Shown: one piece after another, positions 20,101 to 25,070 of the stretch
How the letters are laid out: each line of letters opens with the position of its first letter
Numbering within the stretch: the first letter of the stretch is position 1
Source of the DNA: an uncultured Fibrobacteraceae bacterium
GTDB taxonomy: Bacteria; Krumholzibacteriota; Krumholzibacteriia; LZORAL124-64-63
NCBI GenBank assembly: GCA_964384055.1
Contig: CAYLIV010000010.1
Coordinates: forward strand, 13,829 to 77,828
Length of the DNA: 64,000 nucleotides
Direction of reading: 5' to 3'
Notes under the pieces: model-generated
What the model saw: only the letters and a program-made list of their open reading frames with translations
What the model was told of the DNA's origin: nothing
Databases searched by the model: none
Translations under genes and position numbers: made by a program

Positions 20101-21169
20101 CACCGCCGCGCCAACCGTGCCCGCCGTGACGGCCGTGCAGGATACCACCGGACAGCAACCGGACACCGGCGAGGGCACCCCGGGCGAAGGTGGCTGGGAC
20201 GAGGCCGGCGTACCGAAAAAAGGCCGCTTCCGGATTCCCAACCCCCTGTCGCCCGTGTTGACCGTGCTGCGTGGTACCAGCCCGATACAGTTCAACCTGT
20301 CGGACCGCAAGACCAGCAGCTTCGCGCGGCTGCTCGCCGAGACGCCCACGGCCTACGAGTTCGGTCTGAATCAGAATCTCGACGTGCCGGACTCGCTCTA
20401 CGACGTGAGCAACATAACCAGTCGCAAGAGCCTGACCCTGTCGACGGCTTTCGAGATGTCCCGGGATCTGTCGCTGGACCTCAAGTTCGGCCAGAATCTC
20501 AGCAGCCGGGACATGGCCGGCCGCCTGACGAAATCCTATCAGCAGGACTGGCCCGACGCGCGGCTGTCCCTGTCCGGACTGGAAAAGTGGCGTGTTTTCG
20601 GAGGTGCCAGCGGCGATGACGATGAAGGGTGGTTCCGTAGCTCGTCCCTCGACATGAGTTACAAGTATTCCAAGACCGTCGACAACTACACCGAGATCTC
20701 CTACAATCCGCGACGGACGACGACCCTCAGTCCCCGCTGGAACTTTTCGTTCCACAACAAGATGACGGCGTCGCTGAACACCACGATCACGCAGGACCGC
20801 AGCAGCAACAACGGTACGATCTCCGAGAAGGACAATCTCCGGGTCAGCGTACAGTTGAATCACGAATTCCGCGCCCAGAACCTGCTGGTCAAGCTGGGGC
20901 TGTACCGGCCGGGCAGCATCCCGACCATCAAGATGAACGTGGACCTGAGCTACAGCCGGGAAACGACGAAACGTATCACACCCGGCTCGGACACGCCCAG
21001 TTCCCTGACCGGTCAGACGCGTCTGTCACTGGATCCGCGCTTCAGCTACCAGATTTCCCGGAACCTGGACGGGGCGCTGCGTATAACCTTCAGCCGCAAC
21101 AAGGATCTGGCCACCGACCTGACGCGCACGAGTTTCGGCCTCGGATTGGAGGCGACCTTTGTCTTCTAG
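14120..21169 (+). CDS. sprA: Giant outer-membrane protein (2349 aa), SprA-like T9SS translocon candidate
   Basis: A single uninterrupted 7 kb ORF ending in ...LEATFVF, a C-terminal aromatic that is an outer-membrane beta-barrel signature. An N-terminal hydrophobic segment is present. Size and C-terminus fit the SprA/Sov family of the FCB group. Neighbouring genes are a PKD lipoprotein and a glutaminyl-cyclase-like gene. The TTG start at 14120 has an AAGGAG RBS 9 nt upstream, but the true start is uncertain. Family assignment is inferred, not proven. Confidence 0.5.
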   Translation: MTSLHAIFATLLQCCGRTGARPARPLLSSARPWHRRVPAPGSRPPGLPAVIVVATILAALTPGNAWCDPDYGTFFLPGLDPVLRATDDPRLLGVDRLDLRQRLLRLGIDPLKEPQARPTLYTTFRAHLLARMNLDFERQVEVLENNGRLGIFSRFRYPEYFFLFRNPETLPGGFLYYPPRRIEAEEVELFLDDPDLRLARSQGVAQIAERRDMLNIMGAQQRAERDRGLINLTIPVKLPRTLEKIIGRGEKTQIRISGREHISIAGESSVSNQFVPNERVSSQSLFPTLDMEQQLQINLNGTIGEKIKIDVEHNSQAIGSEGTKIRLTYEGTEDEIVKTIETGDVGLTLPGAQLLGYSSNKSGLFGVKVTGQVGRADFTVVASKQKSESAAKSFNSQGGEVGEHIIESSDYINNRFFRLDLPPFGGVFDTPDVPGRTDGVEFIDPNSILVYKFIGAVTPGENDIDNVAVAVDSTGTWDGNSLLHPDETIGDHDVWIPRERWRAIEFELWVDQQGNFVAIDLGREMDEDDLLAVVYNVVDADGELLYAVGDRPGADETRPLVLDDVAYLRMKLLKPSRNFRDPHTFQYVLRNIYRLGGTNIDAQSFDLRLEYKSQGEHPELESASQLPWIQVFGLDLTDAGGNPTPDGLVDKADPLLFDLRNGLLKFPLYMPRPFAAEADLYETYANDTGFDAESSVLFNAEGQPVMAPLYDWETTPNLYSQHSKFQFVVQSAAASSSFNLGVSNIEEGSESVILDGRTLTRDVDYEIDYMFGEVELKGDAAASLTADSQISVNYQYAPFFGGGQSNLLGLHVGYDLGQQSQLTTAWLYESNQIIGEKAKLGEEPSRTVVGNVALNHTFKPYFLTHVANFLSRRDSERESSLQLNSELAISLPNPNTKGNAYLEDFEGIDSSDLVSLARIGWSWASAPVDSNNLFTLAPEDRVETRWFLPKERVKRLYLNPELQDRERDETQQALHLFMKAGSDGWQPSNWGGIMRSLSRVGLDLSKSQFVEFWLNDDQQDILDRRGTLHIDFGYLSEDFFWPEDDEGNLEIGTWQFEDANRDGVFTHEEDVGLDGVTGNDVYGAEYGSAADPFASINGTEANNREDDEDINGNTVQDRDSGYFSIAIDLAEDAALVDVAQEYADQPDVIEKLNGSAWRKYRIRLGDVEEARPASGGTTPDIHAVTHIRVWYEDTEAGAPETVDLQLSELSFLGSRWEREGIRLAATEELLAEPDPDEGFFIGEINNKEDANYEPPPDLPIRVVNRIPELEQSLVLDFRNLRSDHMIRTSKLVSPRGDDYTLYDRLSWYWYNTDTSLNDVDLFFRVGADTLNYYEVSYRFSQSDTPLGWEHLSIDMAELANTKEALQDTVSSTINDAETGATYNVRVIGHPDLRRVKTYYFGVVNNTDANVSGVFYMNDVRLEGVKREMGLAERIALRLNMADVIKVDFDWSQRDAEFHGLNSKTGQGYRNEDWNLSTNLKIDDFIPLLGFTMPISLSRRQNVQEPKYETNSDIEILDGARVSALSTIEERESFSARLSHTPSRAAIPRYVVDPWSFSVSGSQSNKKSPLERSDQKSLQGSVNYDLRIPGNYRLGAYPLLSLVPLVKGLSIVPKKVSFGGTFNNTDNQSLVLDLAGNQTPRPRVTSERGTLSGAIEHELLSIVSAGYNISSDRDLEREKQVGGVNIGEEINFSQDFRLTFKVPKATELKGKFYYPLRLAVKGLNKIRPTLNFNGGFADNHDPNIRQAGDPPNIRSVSNNGNWEFRFKLPVGDVFKSVFPERKHTDTERQRLIEQQRRINQQDRRGRGGRPGAEGQTEDPQLENLTPEERLRREEERLLREAEQRLDEEQEREQERQRRAARLAERGIVQPEVPDASADSSGVVPPAAAAAAADSTTVSPPVQPAGPAGAAPDSTATTPESAEPPSLPAGTALADSTAVPKVADRTALADTTAAPTVAERTAPADTTAAPTGPEGAAPADTTAAPTGPEGAAPADTTAAPTVPAVTAVQDTTGQQPDTGEGTPGEGGWDEAGVPKKGRFRIPNPLSPVLTVLRGTSPIQFNLSDRKTSSFARLLAETPTAYEFGLNQNLDVPDSLYDVSNITSRKSLTLSTAFEMSRDLSLDLKFGQNLSSRDMAGRLTKSYQQDWPDARLSLSGLEKWRVFGGASGDDDEGWFRSSSLDMSYKYSKTVDNYTEISYNPRRTTTLSPRWNFSFHNKMTASLNTTITQDRSSNNGTISEKDNLRVSVQLNHEFRAQNLLVKLGLYRPGSIPTIKMNVDLSYSRETTKRITPGSDTPSSLTGQTRLSLDPRFSYQISRNLDGALRITFSRNKDLATDLTRTSFGLGLEATFVF
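19913..20137 (+). repeat. In-frame 45-nt tandem repeat (5 copies, two identical) inside the giant OMP gene
   Basis: Units begin at 19913, 19958, 20003, 20048 and 20093, and encode ADTTAAPTGPEGAAP-like 15-mers. Confidence 0.85.
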
Positions 21170-22181
21170 CAAACCGTTCGTACCGTTTTTGCAGGCCGTT
21201 GTCTGGGCGCTGTGTCTGATCGCGTTGCCGGCAGTTGCGTTGCCGACGGCGGAGTCGAACTCGGCCGGCCGCCCGAACGACCAGCAGGATGTCGCCGGCG
21301 GACTGCCGGCGTTCTCGGGCGAGCGAGCCATGGCGTGGTTGACCTACCAGTGTGAACTCGGACCACGTTTTCCCGGATCGCCCGGCATCCAGGCGCTCCG
21401 CGACCGTATCGCGGCCCATGCCGATTCGCTGGGGCTGCGTTTTGCACAGCTGTGTTTCACCACCACCGATCCGCTGGGCGGCGCTGCGGTCGAATTGTGT
21501 AATCTGATCATCAGCGCTGATCCCGCGGACCGCCAGCCGGTAGGCGCCGAGCGGCTCTGGATCGGTGCCCACTACGATACGCGGCCGATCTGTGACCACG
21601 ATCCCGATCCGGCCCGGCGAGATACACCGCTGAGCGGCGCCAATGACGGTGCGAGCGGGACAGCCATCCTGTTGCACCTGGCCGAGTTGCTCGTCGAACA
21701 GCCACCGGCGCGGGGAGTCGACCTGATCTTCTTCGACGGCGAAGATTCGGGTCGCGGCGGTGACGTGGCCGGCTTCTGCCTGGGCAGCAAGCATCTGGCG
21801 GCGACCTGGCAGGATTTCTCCTGCCCGCTGGCGATCGGTCGCCCCTCGGCACTGTTGATCCTGGACATGGTGGGGGAGAAGAACCTGCTGATTCGCCAGG
21901 AGCGCTATTCTGCCCGGTACGCCGATACTCTGCTACAACAGGTGTTCGACCGCGCGGCGCAACTCGGTCTGACCGCTTTCCGCAACGAGCCGGGACCGGC
22001 CGTCTATGACGACCACGTGCCCTTTCTGCAAGCCGGTATTCCCGCCATCGACCTGATCGATTTCGATTTTCCCCAGTGGCATACGAGCGCCGACACGCCG
22101 GCGATCTGCTCACCTGCCAGCCTGGAGCAGGTCGGCGTGCTGGTCACGGACATCATCTATCGCCCGCTGGCTGCACACTGA
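21159..22181 (+). CDS. M28-family zinc peptidase-like / glutaminyl-peptide cyclotransferase-like secreted protein
   Basis: Signal peptide followed by M28 motifs (IGAHYDTRP, ANDGASG, FFDGEDSG). The TTG start overlaps the sprA stop by 11 nt. Confidence 0.65.
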   Translation: MSSSKPFVPFLQAVVWALCLIALPAVALPTAESNSAGRPNDQQDVAGGLPAFSGERAMAWLTYQCELGPRFPGSPGIQALRDRIAAHADSLGLRFAQLCFTTTDPLGGAAVELCNLIISADPADRQPVGAERLWIGAHYDTRPICDHDPDPARRDTPLSGANDGASGTAILLHLAELLVEQPPARGVDLIFFDGEDSGRGGDVAGFCLGSKHLAATWQDFSCPLAIGRPSALLILDMVGEKNLLIRQERYSARYADTLLQQVFDRAAQLGLTAFRNEPGPAVYDDHVPFLQAGIPAIDLIDFDFPQWHTSADTPAICSPASLEQVGVLVTDIIYRPLAAH

Positions 22182-22237
22182 AACACGGACCACGCCCGCG
22201 CGGCGGGCCCGGCGATTCGGGCCGCTGAACATTGCGC

Positions 22238-22266
22238 TTGCAACGTGGCACCGGAAGCGCTATATT
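22238..22266 (+). promoter_or_regulatory. Candidate sigma-70-type promoter for the rimP-nusA-infB operon
   Basis: TTGCAA at 22238-22243, a 17-nt spacer, then TATATT at 22261-22266. It lies in the 160-nt gap after the convergent upstream gene and before rimP. Confidence 0.5.
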
Positions 22267-22304
22267 TTTTTCGCTGAAAGAGCGTCGATCCAGGTGTTCT
22301 TTCC

Positions 22305-22330
22305 GAAGTGGGCGTAAGTCCACTTCTTTT
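22305..22330 (+). promoter_or_regulatory. Leader stem-loop followed by a U-tract between the candidate promoter and rimP (possible attenuator)
   Basis: A 7-bp stem (gaagtgg / ccacttc), an 8-nt loop and then TTTT. Located in the 5' UTR of rimP. Confidence 0.35.
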
Positions 22331-22344
22331 CGTGTCGGGAAGGA

Positions 22345-22995
22345 TTGGCGAGCTTGGCCCGAAACAATCCAGCGGACAAGTATGCGCTTGCGCGCGAGAT
22401 TACAGCCGTACTCGAAACGGACCTGGCAGCCGAAGGTTACGAGCTGCTCGACGTTCGGGTCTTTCAGGGCGGCGGGCGCTGGCAAGTTCGTGTCTTTGTC
22501 GACACGGCCGAGGGCATCGATCTCGACCAGTGTGCCCGGGCTTCGCGCAGTGTGGGCATGCTGCTGGAGGAGGCGGATCTCTTCGCGGGTGAATACCTTA
22601 TTGAGGTGTCGTCGCCCGGCATCCGACGGCCATTGCGTACGCCTACCCACTTTCTCTCCGCGGTCGATCGGGATGTGGAAATCACCATTACGGGTGACAA
22701 GCGCCCCCGGAAGCTCCGAGGTACGTTGCGGTTTGCCGATGGCACCGGCGTACGAATCGAGACAATCGGAACCGGCGCCGAGTCCGCTGGAGACGGCACA
22801 ACCGAGATAGCGCTGACCTACGCCGAGATTCTCGAGGCGAATCTCGATGCACAGTGCGACGTCCAGGCCTTGATCAACGCCGAGAGACGATCGCGCAAGG
22901 AAACGAAACGCCGCGAGCGACAGGCGCGGCGCACGAAGAAGAAAAGTCGGCGACCCAAGCAGAAATCCGGCCGCGGATCCGAAAAGGACAAGTGA
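22345..22995 (+). CDS. rimP: Ribosome maturation factor RimP with a Lys/Arg-rich C-terminal tail
   Basis: RimP core (GYELLDVRVF...YLIEVSSPGIRRPL) and a position immediately upstream of nusA. The exact start is uncertain. Confidence 0.8.
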   Translation: MASLARNNPADKYALAREITAVLETDLAAEGYELLDVRVFQGGGRWQVRVFVDTAEGIDLDQCARASRSVGMLLEEADLFAGEYLIEVSSPGIRRPLRTPTHFLSAVDRDVEITITGDKRPRKLRGTLRFADGTGVRIETIGTGAESAGDGTTEIALTYAEILEANLDAQCDVQALINAERRSRKETKRRERQARRTKKKSRRPKQKSGRGSEKDK

Positions 22996-23058
22996 AGGAT
23001 CGGCGGTGCGCGTGGCATCGACTGCTCGCCGTAACGGAAGTTTCCACAGGAGATTCCG

Positions 23059-24585
23059 ATGGAATATAACATTATGGAAGCACTCTCGATGATCACGAGA
23101 GAGAAGCACATCGACCGCGACATCATCATCGAATCGTTGGTGGCCGGGTTGCAGTCGGCCGCCAAGAAGAAACTGGGCGCCGAGGTGAACGTCGAGGCGT
23201 CGGTGGACGGCCAGACCGGCGAGATGGTGGTAGAACGCGTACGAACGGTGGTCGAATTGCTCGACGATGTCGAGAACGAGATTTCCCTCGAGGAAGCGCA
23301 GATCGAATTCGGCGACGAGGTCGAGATCGGCGACGAGGTGCGCGTCGAGCTGCCGCTGGAGGGATTCGGCCGTAACGCGATTCTGGTCGCCAAGCAGATA
23401 CTGGTCCAGAAGGTACGCGAGGCCGAGCGCAACCAGATCTTCGAAGAGTACAAGGACCGCGTCAACGAGATCATCGTCGGCTCGGTGCAACAGGTCGATC
23501 GCGGCAATGTGCTGGTGAACCTCGGGCGGGCGGAAGCCCTATTGCCGTACCGCGAGCAGATCCGCGGCGAGAAATACCATCAGGGCAAGTCGATCCGGGC
23601 CTTCATCATCGAGGTGCTGGACAGCGCCAAGGGTCCGCAGATCATCCTCTCGCGCAGCCATCCGGGATTTCTGAAGCTCTTGTTCGAGCAGGAAGTTCCC
23701 GAGATCCAGGAAAAGATCGTCGAGATCAAGGCGGTCGCCCGCGAACCGGGCACCCGCTCGAAGATCGCGGTTGTCAGCCATGACGATCGGGTGGATGCGG
23801 TCGGCTCGTGCGTGGGTATGAAGGGCAGCCGGGTGCAGGCCGTTACGCGGGAGCTGGCCGGCGAACGCATCGACATCGTGCCCTGGAGTGCCGAGCCGTC
23901 GCTGCTGATCGGACGCGCCCTGAGCCCCGCCGAGGTCAACAACATCACCTTGCACCCGGAATCGGGTGAAGCGACCGTCGTGGTCAACGACGATCAGCTG
24001 AGCAAGGCCATCGGCAAGGAAGGCAAGAACGTTCGTCTGGCCGCCAAGTTGACCGAGTGGAAGATCGATCTCGTTTCCAGCCGCGAATACCACATCCGAC
24101 AGCGGGTGACCGACGAGATGTCCATGAAGCTCGTGGAGATGTCGGGAGTCAGCACGAAGATCGAGAGCCGATTGAACGAAGCCGGCGTGATGACCATCGC
24201 CCAGCTGGCGACCATGAGCCGCGAATCACTCGAGGAGATCGACGGCATCGGACCGAAGACCTCCGAATCCCTGCTGGCGACAGCGCGAGCGACCATCGAC
24301 GAGCTGAACAATGTGATCGAGCAGGCGGTCACCGAGGCGCTGAGCATTGAAGAGGCCGAGGCGCGGCCGCTCTTCGACGAGAGCGCGCTCGACCAGGAAG
24401 AGATGGCGGTCGAGGAAAGAGCTACCGCCGAGGAACCGCAGTCCCAGGACGATGTGGAGGCGCCGGATTCCCTGTTCGACAGTTTCGAGGAGAAGCTCAC
24501 TCCTGAAGACAGCGTCGACTCCGAGGAGAAGGTGCCCGAGGTCGAGAAGAAAAATCCCTTCGCCGACACCGAGCTGGATGATTGA
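23059..24585 (+). CDS. nusA: Transcription termination/antitermination factor NusA
   Basis: NusA N-domain, S1 and two KH domains (GSCVGMKGSRVQAVTRELAGERIDIV) and an acidic C-terminal region. Confidence 0.95.
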   Translation: MEYNIMEALSMITREKHIDRDIIIESLVAGLQSAAKKKLGAEVNVEASVDGQTGEMVVERVRTVVELLDDVENEISLEEAQIEFGDEVEIGDEVRVELPLEGFGRNAILVAKQILVQKVREAERNQIFEEYKDRVNEIIVGSVQQVDRGNVLVNLGRAEALLPYREQIRGEKYHQGKSIRAFIIEVLDSAKGPQIILSRSHPGFLKLLFEQEVPEIQEKIVEIKAVAREPGTRSKIAVVSHDDRVDAVGSCVGMKGSRVQAVTRELAGERIDIVPWSAEPSLLIGRALSPAEVNNITLHPESGEATVVVNDDQLSKAIGKEGKNVRLAAKLTEWKIDLVSSREYHIRQRVTDEMSMKLVEMSGVSTKIESRLNEAGVMTIAQLATMSRESLEEIDGIGPKTSESLLATARATIDELNNVIEQAVTEALSIEEAEARPLFDESALDQEEMAVEERATAEEPQSQDDVEAPDSLFDSFEEKLTPEDSVDSEEKVPEVEKKNPFADTELDD

Positions 24586-24606
24586 GCTCGGTAGGCAGGA
24601 GTGCCC

Positions 24607-24942
24607 ATGACCGCCGACTCGGCAGCGGAACGTTTGCTGGGATTGCTGGGCCTCGCGCGCAGAGCGGGTCAGCTGGCCGTTGGCGAAACGGCGATCGAGA
24701 AGCTGGTGGTGCGGGGCAAACGACCGCTGATCATCATCGCCGACGGTTGCGGCAATTCGTTACGGAACAAGGTCCTGCATCTGCAACCGGTGCGGGGATT
24801 CTTGCTCGGGGCAGTCGACCGACACCAGCTGGCGAAGGCTGTCGGTCGCCAGGAACTGGCTGTGGTAGGGGTTGCGGATCCCGGATTCGTGTCGGGAATC
24901 GAGAAGCTCGAGCTACCGATTACGCGACCGGATGAGGTCTGA
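24607..24942 (+). CDS. L7Ae-family RNA-binding protein (YlxQ-like)
   Basis: L7Ae/L30e-like signature (LLGLARRAGQLAVGETAIEKLVVRGKRPLIIIADG) between nusA and infB, as in many bacteria. ATG 24607 has a GGAG RBS 7 nt upstream. The six-frame ORF begins at GTG 24601. Confidence 0.7.
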   Translation: MTADSAAERLLGLLGLARRAGQLAVGETAIEKLVVRGKRPLIIIADGCGNSLRNKVLHLQPVRGFLLGAVDRHQLAKAVGRQELAVVGVADPGFVSGIEKLELPITRPDEV

Positions 24943-25070
24943 ACAGACGGTGGAGCAAGCCCGGCTCGCCGCGACGATCGCGAACGACCGAGGCTCCCGC
25001 AGAACGCAAGGGCGAACGCTTACGGGTAAACAACGTCCCTGCTCGTTCCGGCGGGGGGAGGTACACGGAC

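Noticed and set aside
14201-20863. Long antisense ORFs (589, 845 and 687 aa, plus others) opposite the giant OMP gene
   Set aside because: High GC suppresses stop codons in non-coding frames. The products are low-complexity Arg/Gly/Asp/Val-rich with no recognisable domains, and the sense frame is one continuous ORF.
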